Notes: generated by a model not told the origin, from the letters alone. 64,000 nucleotides of DNA from Yuukianura sp. NJ FZ-2021 (GCA_046563655.1 JAJCTO010000009.1:496001-560000); one strand, 5' to 3'. Counted from the first letter of the stretch, positions 35,801 through 49,515 are shown. Translations and numbers: made by a program.

Positions 35801-38800
35801 TGAGAAGGAGCAAACAGATATTTTGAAAGCATTCTTGTACAAGGGAACGGTGTGATCAACAAAATGTGTAATTTCCACTCATTCTCGAAAATTTGTTGAA
35901 TTAGAAACGGGGTTATGAACTGCTCGGCACTGTTTTCTGTTATCGTCAAAGGAAGATTATCGGTACAACGTATTTTACCACAGAGAAATCCCCGCTGCTA
36001 CAAGTGGCAGCTCTGACTGACATGCAAACTTATAGTAGCCACCATAGCATCCATGAGAAGGAGCAAACAGATATTTTGAAAGCATTCTTGTACTAGAGAA
36101 CGGTTTGATCAACAAAATGTGTAATGTCTACTCATTTTCGAAAATTTGTTGAATTAGAAACGGGGTTATGAACTGCTCGGCACTGTTTTCTGTTATCGTC
36201 AAAGGAAGATTATCGGTACAACGTATTTTACCACAGAGAAATCCCCGCTGCTACAAGTGGCAGCTCTGACTGACATACAAACTTATAGTAGCCACCATAG
36301 CCTCCATGAGCAGGAGCAAACAGATATTTTGAAAGCATTCTTGTACAAGGGAACGGTGTGATCAACAAAATGTGTAATTTCCACTTATTTTCGAAAATTT
36401 GTTGAATTATAAACGGGGTTATGAACTGCTCGGCACTATTTTCTGTTATCGTCAAAGGAAGATTATCGGTACAACGTATTTTACCACAGAGAAATCCCCG
36501 CTGCTACAAGTGGCAGCGCTGACTGACATACAAACTTATAGAAGCCACCATAGCCTCCATGAGAAGGAGCAAACAGATATTTTGGAAGCAATCTTGTACT
36601 GGAGAACGGTGTGATCAACAAAATGTGTAATGTCTACTCATTTTCGAAAATTTGTTGAATTAGAAACGGGGTTATGAACTGCTCGGCACTGTTTTCTGTT
36701 ATCGTCAAAGGAAGATTATCGGTACAACGTATTTTACCACAGAGAAATCCCCGCTGCTACAAGTGGCAGCTCTGACTGACATGCAAACTTATAGTAGCCA
36801 CCATAGCATCCATGAGAAGGAGCAAACAGATATTTTGAAAGCATTCTTGTACAAGGGAACGGTGTGATCAACAAAATGTGTAATTTCCACTCATTCTCGA
36901 AAATTTGTTGAATTAGAAACGGGGTTATGAACTGCTCGGCACTGTTTTCTGTTATCGTCAAAGGAAGATTATCGGTACAACGTATTTTACCACAGAGAAA
37001 TCCCCGCTGCTACAAGTGGCAGCTCTGACTGACATGCAAACTTATAGTAGCCACCATAGCATCCATGAGAAGGAGCAAACAGATATTTTGAAAGCATTCT
37101 TGTACTCGAGAACGGTTTGATCAACAAAATGTGTAATGTCTACTCATTTTCGAAAATTTGTTGAATTAGAAACGGGGTTATGAACTGCTCGGCACTGTTT
37201 TCTGTTATCGTCAAAGGAAGATTATCGGTACAACGTATTTTACCACAGAGAAATCCCCGCTGCTACAAGTGGCAGCTCTGACTGACATACAAACTTATAG
37301 TAGCCACCATAGCCTCCATGAGCAGGAGCAAACAGATATTTTGAAAGCATTCTTGTACAAGGGAACGGTGTGATCAACAAAATGTGTAATTTCCACTTAT
37401 TTTCGAAAATTTGTTGAATTATAAACGGGGTTATGAACTGCTCGGCACTATTTTCTGTCATCGTCAAAGGAAGATTATCGGTACAACGTATTTTACCACA
37501 GAGAAATCCCCGCTGCTACAAGTGGCAGCGCTGACTGACATACAAACTTATAGAAGCCACCATAGCCTCCATGAGAAGGAGCAAACAGATATTTTGGAAG
37601 CAATCTTGTACTGGAGAACGGTGTGATCAACAAAATGTGTAATTTCCACTCATTTTCGAAAATTTGTTGAATTATAAACGGGGTTATGAACTGCTCGGCA
37701 CTATTTTCTATTATCGTCAAAGGAAGATTATCGGTACAACGTATTTTACCACAGAGAAATCCCCGCTGCTACAAGTGGCAGCTCTGACTGACATACAAAC
37801 TTATAGAAGCCACCATAGCCTCCATGAGAAGGAGCAAACAGATATTTTGGAAGCAATCTTGTACTAGAGAACGGTGTGATCAACAAAATGTGTAATTTCC
37901 ACTCATTTTCGAAAATTTGTTGAATTATAAACGGGGTTATGAACTGCTCGGCACTATTTTCTATTATCGTCAAAGGAAGATTATCGGTACAACGTATTTT
38001 ACCACAGAGAAATCCCCGCTGCTACAAGTGGCAGCTCTGACTGACATGCAAACTTATAGTAGCCACCATAGCATCCATGAGAAGGAGCAAACAGATATTT
38101 TGAAAGCATTCTTGTACAAGAGAACGGTGTGATCAACAAAATGTGTAATTTCCACTCATTTTCGAAAATTTGTTGAATTAGAAACGGGGTTATGAACTGC
38201 TCGGCACTATTTTCTGTTATCTTCAAAGGAAGATTATCGGTACAACGTATTTTACCACAGAGAAATCCCCGCTGCTACAAGTGGCAGCTCTGACTGACAT
38301 GCAAACTTATAGTAGCCACCATAGCCTCCATGAGAAGGAGCAAACAGATATTTTGAAAGCATTCTTGTACAAGAGAACGGTGTGATCAACAAAATGTGTA
38401 ATTTCCACTCATTTTCGAAAATTTGTTGAATTATAAACGGGGTTATGAACTGCTCGGCACTATTTTCTGTTATCGTCAAAGGAAGATTATCGGTACAACG
38501 TATTTTACCACAGAGAAATCCCCGCTGCTACAAGTGGCAGCTCTGACTGACATGCAAACTTATAGTAGCCACCATAGCATCCATGAGAAGGAGCAAACAG
38601 ATATTTTGAAAGCATTCTTGTACTAGAGAACGGTTTGATCAACAAAATGTGTAATGTCTACTCATTTTCGAAAATTTGTTGAATTAGAAACGGGGTTATG
38701 AACTGCTCGGCACTGTTTTCTGTTATCGTCAAAGGAAGATTATCGGTACAACGTATTTTACCACAGAGAAATCCCCGCTGCTACAAGTGGCAGCTCTGAC

Positions 38801-41800
38801 TGACATGCAAACTTATAGTAGCCACCATAGCATCCATGAGAAGGAGCAAACAGATATTTTGAAAGCATTCTTGTACAAGGGAACGGTGTGATCAACAAAA
38901 TGTGTAATTTCCACTCATTCTCGAAAATTTGTTGAATTAGAAACGGGGTTATGAACTGCTCGGCACTGTTTTCTGTTATCGTCAAAGGAAGATTATCGGT
39001 ACAACGTATTTTACCACAGAGAAATCCCCGCTGCTACAAGTGGCAGCTCTGACTGACATGCAAACTTATAGTAGCCACCATAGCATCCATGAGAAGGAGC
39101 AAACAGATATTTTGAAAGCATTCTTGTACTAGAGAACGGTTTGATCAACAAAATGTGTAATGTCTACTCATTTTCGAAAATTTGTTGAATTAGAAACGGG
39201 GTTATGAACTGCTCGGCACTGTTTTCTGTTATCGTCAAAGGAAGATTATCGGTACAACGTATTTTACCACAGAGAAATCCCCGCTGCTACAAGTGGCAGC
39301 TCTGACTGACATACAAACTTATAGTAGCCACCATAGCCTCCATGAGCAGGAGCAAACAGATATTTTGAAAGCATTCTTGTACAAGGGAACGGTGTGATCA
39401 ACAAAATGTGTAATTTCCACTTATTTTCGAAAATTTGTTGAATTATAAACGGGGTTATGAACTGCTCGGCACTATTTTCTGTTATCGTCAAAGGAAGATT
39501 ATCGGTACAACGTATTTTACCACAGAGAAATCCCCGCTGCTACAAGTGGCAGCGCTGACTGACATACAAACTTATAGAAGCCACCATAGCCTCCATGAGA
39601 AGGAGCAAACAGATATTTTGGAAGCAATCTTGTACTGGAGAACGGTGTGATCAACAAAATGTGTAATTTCCACTCATTTTCGAAAATTTGTTGAATTATA
39701 AACGGGGTTATGAACTGCTCGGCACTATTTTCTATTATCGTCAAAGGAAGATTATCGGTACAACGTATTTTACCACAGAGAAATCCCCGCTGCTACAAGT
39801 GGCAGCTCTGACTGACATGCAAACTTATAGTAGCCACCATAGCATCCATGAGAAGGAGCAAACAGATATTTTGAAAGCATTCTTGTACAAGAGAACGGTG
39901 TGATCAACAAAATGTGTAATTTCCACTCATTTTCGAAAATTTGTTGAATTAGAAACGGGGTTATGAACTGCTCGGCACTATTTTCTGTTTTCGTCAAAGG
40001 AAGATTATCGGTACAACGTATTTTACCACAGAGAAATCCCCGCTGCTACAAGTGGCAGCGCTGACTGACATACAAACTTATAGAAGCCACCATAGCCTCC
40101 ATGAGAAGGAGCAAACAGATATTTTGGAAGCAATCTTGCACTAGAGAACGGTGTGATCAACAAAATGTGTAATTTCCACTCATTTTCGAAAATTTGTTGA
40201 ATTAGAAACGGGGTTATGAACTGCTCGGCACTATTTTCTGTTTTTGTCAAAGGAAGATTATCGGTACAACGTATTTTACCACAGAGAAATCCCCGCTGCT
40301 ACAAGTGGCAGCGCTGACTGACATACAAACTTATAGAAGCCACCATAGCCTCCATGAGAAGGAGAAAAACAGATATTTTGGAAGCAATCTTGTACTAGAG
40401 AACGGTGTGATCAACAAAATGTGTAATTTCCACTCATTTTCGAAAATTTGTTGAATTAGAAACGGGGTTATGAACTGCTCGGCACTATTTTCTATTATCG
40501 TCAAAGGAAGATTATCGGTACAACGTATTTTACCACAGAGAAATCCCCGCTGCTACAAGTGGCAGCTCTGACTGACATACAAACTTATAGTAGCCACCAT
40601 AGCCTCCATGAGCAGGAGCAAACAGATATTTTGAAAGCATTCTTGTACAAGGGAACGGTGTGATCAACAAAATGTGTAATTTCCACTTATTTTCGAAAAT
40701 TTGTTGAATTATAAACGGGGTTATGAACTGCTCGGCACTATTTTTTGTTATCGTCAAAGGAAGATTATCGGTACAACGTATTTTACCACAGAGAAATCCC
40801 CGCTGCTACAAGTGGCAGCTCTGACTGACATGCAAACTTATAGTAGCCACCATAGCATCCATGAGAAGGAGCAAACAGATATTTTGAAAGCATTCTTGTA
40901 CAAGGGAACGGTGTGATCAACAAAATGTGTAATTTCCACTCATTCTCGAAAATTTGTTTAATTAGAAACGGGGTTATGAACTGCTCGGCACTGTTTTCTG
41001 TTATCGTCAAAGGAAGATTATCGGTACAACGTATTTTACCACAGAGAAATCCCCGCTGCTACAAGTGGCAGCTCTGACTGACATGCAAACTTATAGTAGC
41101 CACCATAGCATCCATGAGAAGGAGCAAACAGATATTTTGAAAGCATTCTTGTACTAGAGAACGGTTTGATCAACAAAATGTGTAATGTCTACTCATTTTC
41201 GAAAATTTGTTGAATTAGAAACGGGGTTATGAACTGCTCGGCACTGTTTTCTGTTATCGTCAAAGGAAGATTATCGGTACAACGTATTTTACCACAGAGA
41301 AATCCCCGCTGCTACAAGTGGCAGCTCTGACTGACATACAAACTTATAGTAGCCACCATAACCTCCATGAGCAGGAGCAAACAGATATTTTGAAAGCATT
41401 CTTGTACAAGGGAACGGTGTGATCAACAAAATGTGTAATTTCCACTTATTTTCGAAAATTTGTTGAATTATAAACGGGGTTATGAACTGCTCGGCACTAT
41501 TTTCTGTTATCGTCAAAGGAAGATTATCGGTACAACGTATTTTACCACAGAGAAATCCCCGCTGCTACAAGTGGCAGCGCTGACTGACATACAAACTTAT
41601 AGAAGCCACCATAGCCTCCATGAGAAGGAGCAAACAGATATTTTGGAAGCAATCTTGTACTGGAGAACGGTGTGATCAACAAAATGTGTAATTTCCACTC
41701 ATTTTCGAAAATTTGTTGAATTAGAAACGGGGTTATGAACTGCTCGGCACTATTTTCTATTATCGTCAAAGGAAGATTATCGGTACAACGTATTTTACCA

Positions 41801-44800
41801 CAGAGAAATCCCCGCTGCTACAAGTGGCAGCTCTGACTGACATGCAAACTTATAGTAGCCACCATAGCATCCATGAGAAGGAGCAAACAGATATTTTGAA
41901 AGCATTCTTGTACAAGGGAACGGTGTGATCAACAAAATGTGTAATTTCCACTTATTTTCGAAAATTTGTTGAATTATAAACGGGGTTATGAACTGCTCGG
42001 CACTATTTTCTGTTATCGTCAAAGGAAGATTATCGGTACAACGTATTTTACCACAGAGAAATCCCCGCTGCTACAAGTGGCAGCTCTGACTGACATGCAA
42101 ACTTATAGTAGCCACCATAGCATCCATGAGAAGGAGCAAACAGATATTTTGAAAGCATTCTTGTACAAGGGAACGGTGTGATCAACAAAATGTGTAATTT
42201 CCACTCATTCTCGAAAATTTGTTTAATTAGAAACGGGGTTATGAACTGCTCGGCACTGTTTTCTGTTATCGTCAAAGGAAGATTATCGGTACAACGTATT
42301 TTACCACAGAGAAATCCCCGCTGCTACAAGTGGCAGCTCTGACTGACATGCAAACTTATAGTAGCCACCATAGCATCCATGAGAAGGAGCAAACAGATAT
42401 TTTGAAAGCATTCTTGTACTAGAGAACGGTTTGATCAACAAAATGTGTAATGTCTACTCATTTTCGAAAATTTGTTGAATTAGAAACGGGGTTATGAACT
42501 GCTCGGCACTGTTTTCTGTTATCGTCAAAGGAAGATTATCGGTACAACGTATTTTACCACAGAGAAATCCCCGCTGCTACAAGTGGCAGCTCTGACTGAC
42601 ATACAAACTTATAGTAGCCACCATAACCTCCATGAGCAGGAGCAAACAGATATTTTGAAAGCATTCTTGTACAAGGGAACGGTGTGATCAACAAAATGTG
42701 TAATTTCCACTCATTTTCGAAAATTTTTTGAATTATAAACGGGGTTATGAACTGCTCGGCACTATTTTCTGTTATCGTCAAAGGAAGATTATCGGTACAA
42801 CGTATTTTACCACAGAGAAATCCCCGCTGCTACAAGTGGCAGCGCTGACTGACATACAAACTTATAGAAGCCACCATAGCCTCCATGAGAAGGAGCAAAC
42901 AGATATTTTGGAAGCAATCTTGTACTGGAGAACGGTGTGATCAACAAAATGTGTAATTTCCACTCATTTTCGAAAATTTGTTGAATTAGAAACGGGGTTA
43001 TGAACTGCTCGGCACTATTTTCTATTATCGTCAAAGGAAGATTATCGGTACAACGTATTTTACCACAGAGAAATCCCCGCTGCTACAAGTGGCAGCTCTG
43101 ACTGACATGCAAACTTATAGTAGCCACCATAGCATCCATGAGAAGGAGCAAACAGATATTTTGAAAGCATTCTTGTACAAGAGAACGGTGTGATCAACAA
43201 AATGTGTAATTTCCACTCATTTTCGAAAATTTGTTGAATTAGAAACGGGGTTATGAACTGCTCGGCACTATTTTCTGTTTTCGTCAAAGGAAGATTATCG
43301 GTACAACGTATTTTACCACAGAGAAATCCCCGCTGCTACAAGTGGCAGCGCTGACTGACATACAAACTTATAGAAGCCACCATAGCCTCCATGAGAAGGA
43401 GCAAACAGATATTTTGGAAGCAATCTTGCACTAGAGAACGGTGTGATCAACAAAATGTGTAATTTCCACTCATTTTCGAAAATTTGTTGAATTAGAAACG
43501 GGGTTATGAACTGCTCGGCACTATTTTCTGTTTTCGTCAAAGGAAGATTATCGGTACAACGTATTTTACCACAGAGAAATCCCCGCTGCTACAAGTGGCA
43601 GCGCTGACTGACATACAAACTTATAGAAGCCACCATAGCCTCCATGAGAAGGAGCAAACAGATATTTTGGAAGCAATCTTGTACTAGAGAACGGTGTGAT
43701 CAACAAAATGTGTAATTTCCACTCATTTTCGAAAATTTGTTGAATTATAAACGGGGTTATGAACTGCTCGGCACTATTTTCTATTATCGTCAAAGGAAGA
43801 TTATCGGTACAACGTATTTTACCACAGAGAAATCCCCGCTGCTACAAGTGGCAGCTCTGACTGACATGCAAACTTATAGTAGCCACCATAGCATCCATGA
43901 GAATTTTGAATTTTGAATTTGAATTTTATTTTACCAAATGGTGCCCTGTTGACAGGTCATTATACCATGGCTTATTTAAATATGACAGCTTTGAGCTTTA
44001 AGGTTACACAAGGAATTTAAACAAAAAATAACGAAGTAAGGTGAAATAAGTGTGTTTAAAAAAAAAGAATTAAGAATTAAAAGTTTTAAGATTGAAATCG
44101 AAGTAAGCTGGAGTTTGAAATATTTAGTCGTAACTTAAAGTTTAAAGTTTAAAACAATCATGAAGAGTCATAGTCACTGAAATTTTGATCCGAATCTTCA
44201 TGAGGTTCTGTAGAAGTCGATTGAAGTTGCACATTTAAAAAGAATGTTGTCAGTTTACCCCTACTGCTGGGTTTCGGTTTTGTAACTAGCAGTTTATGCT
44301 CTTCAGATAGCGAATTTAAGATTTTTGACACTGCTGTGATGAAAGATTTAGGATGATATGTACGGTTATGAACAATGTACGTTCCTTTTCTTGTTGAGGT
44401 AGTATTTTCTGAATAAGCCCCGATTTCATTTGGCATTGAACTGAAATACGGGATATTGTGTTCAATAATTGAAGAGTAGATGAAAAGGTGATCCACTGTG
44501 CTCAAGTAGTGAGGTAAAAGCCAATTTAATCGTTGGACCGACGAATTGACACAATCACGTTTTTTCAATCCGAAAATGTAACGGATACACCGTCGAAATG
44601 TTTTGTTCACATAATTGAATTTGTAATGCTCCGAGAAGGAGCAAACAGATATTTTGAAAGCATTCTTGTACAAGAGAACGGTGTGATCAACAAAATGTGT
44701 AATTTCCACTCATTTTCGAAAATTTGTTGAATTATAAACGGGGTTATGAACTGCTCGGCACTATTTTCTGTTATCGTCAAAGGAAGATTATCGGTACAAC

Positions 44801-45084
44801 GTATTTTACCACAGAGAAATCCCCGCTGCTACAAGTGGCAGCTCTGACTGACATGCAAACTTATAGTAGCCACCATAGCCTCCATGAGAAGGAGCAAACA
44901 GATATTTTGGAAGCAATCTTGTACTAGAGAACGGTTTGATCAACAAAATGTGTAATGTCTACTCATTTTCGAAAATTTGTTGAATTAGAAACGGGGTTAT
45001 GAACTGCTCGGCACTATTTTCTGTTATCGTCAAAGGAAGATTATCGGTACAACGTATTTTACCACAGAGAAATCCCCGCTGCTA
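17876..45084. repeat. Satellite DNA array A, 252/253-bp monomer, ~105 copies, with higher-order repeats
   Basis: The monomer CAGATATTTTG(G/A)AAGCA..GGAGCAAA recurs with a 253-bp period, and copies differ only at a few diagnostic sites. Confidence 0.99.
43904..44632 (-). mobile_element. 5'-truncated non-LTR retrotransposon (CR1/L2/Jockey-group 3' end) inserted in satellite A
   Basis: The minus-strand ORF has the RT C-terminal signature RRCIRYIFGLKKRDCV..VQRLNWL and a stop at 44158. The 3' UTR ends in AATAAAA plus a (TTCAAA/TTCAAAA)n tail. GAGAA is duplicated at 43899-43903 and 44633-44637. Confidence 0.85.
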
Positions 45085-45622
45085 ATAGAATTTTATCTAC
45101 ATAAATGTGAATGTAATTAAGAAGTTATTCGGTCGGGTCACACATGTCAATCATGACACCAAGCAAAGTGGCTGTGGGTGTTGAGGTAAAATAATCTACG
45201 TCGGCCAGTTTTTCAAATTCGGTTTCCAGCGGAATATAATCGGACTGGGTCAAAAGGTCAACGTCAGTTCGGTTCGTTGTGACTAGAAGTTTGAAATAAC
45301 CAATTTTGTGACCGCATGCGTACGGTTTGAACGCTGTGGTAATTGCAATGTCAAGGTGAGGGCATTTGATCAAGTCTGGGGCCATTCAGCAGGATTGGTT
45401 GTTGTATGTGTAATGTATACAAGGTGGATCTTCTTGGTAGATTCGATAACGAGATCCCCAAACAATGACCGAAGTCGTGAGGTCACAAAATTCTGTTGCG
45501 ATGTCACAAGGTGCAACTGTTGTGGAGTTCGATTTGAGAAGTCACCCAGCACAGACTTGTCACCAAGTTCCTATCCTTCAGCCTCTATTGTCACCAAGTT
45601 ATTCTAGCTATTAAATCCTGCA

Positions 45623-46100
45623 ATGGAAGTTGCTACATTTTGCTTAGAAAGTCTAATTAGTCTAATTGGAACATTCGAATTCTCTGCCGCTGACCTCGCA
45701 CAGCTTACCAACCTAAAAAATATTTTCGAACTCAAATTTTCAAAAATTCTGGAATTGTCGCTTCCGCGGGGCAACACCACGCCCAAAAATGAAAAGCATC
45801 TCAACATTGTCATCCACGGTCTCTCACTACATCAGCTTCCACGGAATCAATTTCTAACTGGATTCAACTTCAACTGAAAGTGAAAGTAACAGTTATTCGT
45901 GTACGTGCATTTGGAAAAAAAGCACCATTTTAGTGTCACTAGGAACACAGCATGACAAGTCCAAAATTTTCCGACAATGCCACCTTTTGAAAGGATCTAG
46001 CATAGGCATCTCAGATGACCTCTCGCCCCAAGACAGACTGCGAAGTAAGTCAAAAAAATTTTCGGAAACGTCCCTCGTAATCGAAACAAATAGCTCCATC
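45623..46100 (+). pseudogene. Decayed LINE ORF1-like (RRM/CTD) remnant
   Basis: NIVIHGL and IFRQCHLLKGSSIGISDDLSPQDR are typical LINE ORF1 motifs, here split across two ORFs. No APE or RT domain follows. Confidence 0.55.
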
Positions 46101-46966
46101 TCCAACTCAGACTTGACTACGAAAATGCAACCTACACCGTCCACTTTCCTGCTAAATGAGCTGAGTACATTAAGGTCCGACATTTTGCCTCATTCCACCA
46201 ACAATGAGATCACTTTACAACCGAGGGAGGCCGAGCTCACCTCCCATTTACTGCAAGGTCACATTCCAACCCTACCTACGGACCTATTGGAGGCCATTGA
46301 CCCTTGTGACCCCAGTGAACCGTCCCAGGAAAATAAACCCACACACGAAGGCCCAAATGAAAAGATTTTCGTGCGAAAAAGGAAAAAGAAGTCATCAAAA
46401 CGAGTAACCGCTCCCAGCATAGATCAGCAAATTCTGCATCCAAATTCTAGTCACACGAAAACTAATTACCAATTGTCACCAGATCAGCATCAGCATCTTT
46501 GTTTTCACCCTAGTGACAAGAAACATAACACTCCCACTGACAGAGGAATTGCATCAGACATTCTCAAGCTTCATGCGCTGAAGCCAGCTGCATCGCAAAG
46601 CCGAGATGCGTTCAAGACCGAAATTGCCACACTATACGGTTCCATCAGCGATGAATCACTAGCCAGCATAAACCAGTCCTTATTGAAAGTCAAGCTAGCC
46701 GAAGCCAAAGCAAAATTTAAGGAGAAGAGACGTCACGTAACGAAAATGACGTCATCAATTCACCATCATCTCTGTTCTCAACTTAATCTAGTAGAGTGTT
46801 CGATAGGAATTTTGCCTCACTTATTTTTAGCTCAGCCGCGGGGGCTAGTCGGCCGCAATATTGGGGAGAGGAAAAAACCTCAAAATGACAAATGTTTCCC
46901 TCCACTTATTTTTAGCCCACTGAAAAAAGGGTCCTTCAAAAATACCAACGCTCAAAAATGACAAAT

Positions 46967-47426
46967 ATGTATGTATGTATGTTTTTCAGGAGGGGGCTAA
47001 GCCGAGGCTTAGTCCGCACCGATGAGGCGCACTTAGACGGGCCTATTTCAGTAACTCCGTTAGGGACATACTGTTTGAGTTCGGGCTGCCTTTAACCGGT
47101 TATCATTTCTTTCACTGGGTATTCAGCAGTCTGAGAGGGGAAGGAAGGAGAAGGAACAGTGAGAAGGATTCCCGCAAACTCCTCCACCTCGAGCTTCTGG
47201 CTTTTCGTATTTAAATTATCTTATTTCTCATAAGACAGACGAATTGCCTCCGCTCATCAACATATTATAATCTTGCGAGGGACTGCTGCCTTGCATACTA
47301 TTACTTGACGCGGCAGGACGACGGATCGAATCCATCTCCCTGCGTTGACTTTTTCATAGGCTTAGCATACAATCTCAGGTAGACAGTGGAAAAGGATGGG
47401 AGCCTTAACCACTGAGCTACTCGCCC
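46967..47426 (-). mobile_element. tRNA-derived SINE, 460 bp, full length
   Basis: The 5' end reads GGGCGAGTAGCTCAGTGGTTAAGGC (A box), with B-box-like GGATTCGATCC at 47333-47323. The 3' tail is (ACAT)4. A 12-bp TSD AAAATGACAAAT lies at 46955-46966 and 47427-47438. Confidence 0.9.
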
Positions 47427-47683
47427 AAAATGACAAATGGTGTCAATGTTAATTTTTTTTTATTTATTTTTAGTTAAGGATTGAGTTCTTGGAAAAATAT
47501 CTTTTCTCAAGGAAAACGTTTTTTCTTGAAAAGTTCTCAAAATAACATTTCTTTAGAAAAAAAAAACGTTTTTAAAAAATTTCAAAATAGCATTTCAAAC
47601 GTTGTCCAAGTAGTACTTAAACAGCGAGTTTTGAGACTAGCAATCATCAGTTCTGAAACCAGTCTCAATCCACAACTATAACC

Positions 47684-48554
47684 ATGGAGGGGTTTAGACA
47701 GTATAAGGAAGTTTTAACACCATTTAGTGACATGGAAGATGTCATCGCTATCAAGATTGCTGGACACTCTATTCTGCTAGCAGCAGAGAAACTACCGACC
47801 GTGGTCGAAAAGCTAGTTAAAGCGTACATCGAAGCTGGGAGAATGATGAAGGATCTTCCACACTTTGAAAGAATCATGGCAAGAAACCGCAAGAACGGAT
47901 TCCTGAAGTTATTCAAAGTTCTGGGACAACCACCAGCATCGGAAATTCAAATAATGAAAGATAAACTTGATACGCCACTTCTTCCAATCCACTGCATTAA
48001 AAACGAATCAGACCAAGTGTTTCTTATTCGAAGCGGTGGTCCTCTCACGGTGAACGTCAGTGATATTCCTTGCCTAGTGGAATCGCTTCTAAAGTGTGGC
48101 TGCTTTCCAACTTCTTATTCGGGACGGAATCTGGACGAGCTAGTTCACGAAACAAAACGTGAATTCCTGGAAAAGCTACGTAAGGAAGGTCTCAACACTT
48201 GTGTCAACAAAATTAAGGAAAATGATTGGGAAGGCTGTAGGCGCAAAAGTAGAAAAGAAAATGCATCCATACAAAAACGAAAATCGCTTCAAAAGCATGT
48301 TTCGACAACGTAACTGCTGCTGCCTAGCACTCGATGATACAATAATGCCGCGCTATCCGAAGCACATAGCGGACGTTACAAAGGACCAACAGGAGCGAAT
48401 CAACAAATCAAGGATAGTTTTAGAAGGAGATTATTGAGACAGACAACTTCAAAACCTCGAAACTTATCGATTGGCGCCATATTCTTGTGAAGTCAAGAGC
48501 ATGATTATTCACCATGGTGTACAAGATCATTCCGCTTACGATATTTTCTGTTAA
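47684..48554 (+). pseudogene. Hypothetical gene, probably disrupted
   Basis: A 209-aa ORF with ACCATGG start overlaps a second open frame (48159..48437) that continues past a TGA to about 48554. AATAAA at 48595. Confidence 0.4.
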
Positions 48555-48731
48555 CTGAATTTCTGTATAGTTTAGTATTACACTTTTACACTTCAATAAA
48601 ATCTAGACTTGTAAATTTTTTGTCACATTGAAAAAACATTTATTAAATTCAAATTGTAAATTTAATCAAAATTCAAACACAAAATAATAAATCAATGTTG
48701 TATGAAACTGTAAACTTTGTTGTGTTGAAAT

Positions 48732-49415
48732 TTATTCCCAATTGGCCGGAGGTATCCACTCTTCCAGAAAGGTGTCATCCACACTAGACTCGCTCTCATT
48801 TTCATCTTCTCCTTCGTCATAACTGGGAGTTTCTTCGTCTTCAGTCGTGCTGGAATCCTCCATATTACGTCTTTTCTTTCCTTTTGCTCCTCGAGACGGT
48901 TGAAGTAGGTATTGTCTTGCTTCAGGTAATTCATATATTGGAAATTTACGGGATTTCATAAACTGAATCATTCCCGAAATCAATGAACCCTTTAGCCTGC
49001 GTCTGCCATCACTAATAACACGAATTCCGTCTTCAAAGTCACTTCGCTGCATTTGTTCATTGCCAAAAACAACAGTGTCTCCTTGTAGAGTGGTTCCATT
49101 TTTCACAAAAAAAGTGAAGCAGATTTTGCCCTGGTTTTGGAAAGTTTGAAAAATTGAATTGTTTTTGCTCCAGAATCGGGTTTGGTAACTCCGTCGGCTT
49201 GTGTTCTTGCACGCCTTTTGCCTCAACTTCCAATGCCTTTGTGTCCTTTGAATCATTTGGCTTTTGCTGTTCCACGCTTCGTCTATTCTGGAATTTACGA
49301 AGAAGACCATGGAGCATGTGGTTTTGAAGTTCAACTGATGTCTCTCCGTTGTCGAACTAGTCGTTCAGTTGAGTTACTTCTCGTTTCATCAAATTGCTTT
49401 TTGCGTCATCCGCAT
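48732..49415 (-). pseudogene. Disrupted hypothetical gene running out of the gap, with an acidic C-terminus
   Basis: Two overlapping frames switch near the A7 run at about 49107-49113, and there is an upstream in-frame TAG. A minus-strand AATAAA lies near 48645-48640, convergent with the previous gene. Confidence 0.4.
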
Positions 49416-49515
49416 NNNNNNNNNNNNNNNNNNNNNNNNNNNNNNNNNNNNNNNNNNNNNNNNNNNNNNNNNNNNNNNNNNNNNNNNNNNNNNNNNNNNN
49501 NNNNNNNNNNNNNNN
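49416..49515. other. Assembly gap (100 N)
   Basis: Run of exactly 100 N, so the true gap size is unknown. Confidence 1.

Noticed and set aside
18036..44927. Dozens of 67-159 aa ORFs (MTITENSAEQF.., MLNYKRGYELL..) as a tandem gene family
   Set aside because: They are by-products of the 253-bp satellite. The period is not a multiple of 3, starts are TTG, and variants make and break frames at random.
45933..46961. Intact 342-aa gene
   Set aside because: It has a GTG start, and only the first ~40 aa resemble LINE ORF1. The rest is low-complexity and looks like a patchwork of relics.
47310..47426. Functional tRNA gene
   Set aside because: It is the head of a SINE bounded by a TSD and a simple-repeat tail, and no convincing cloverleaf is evident.
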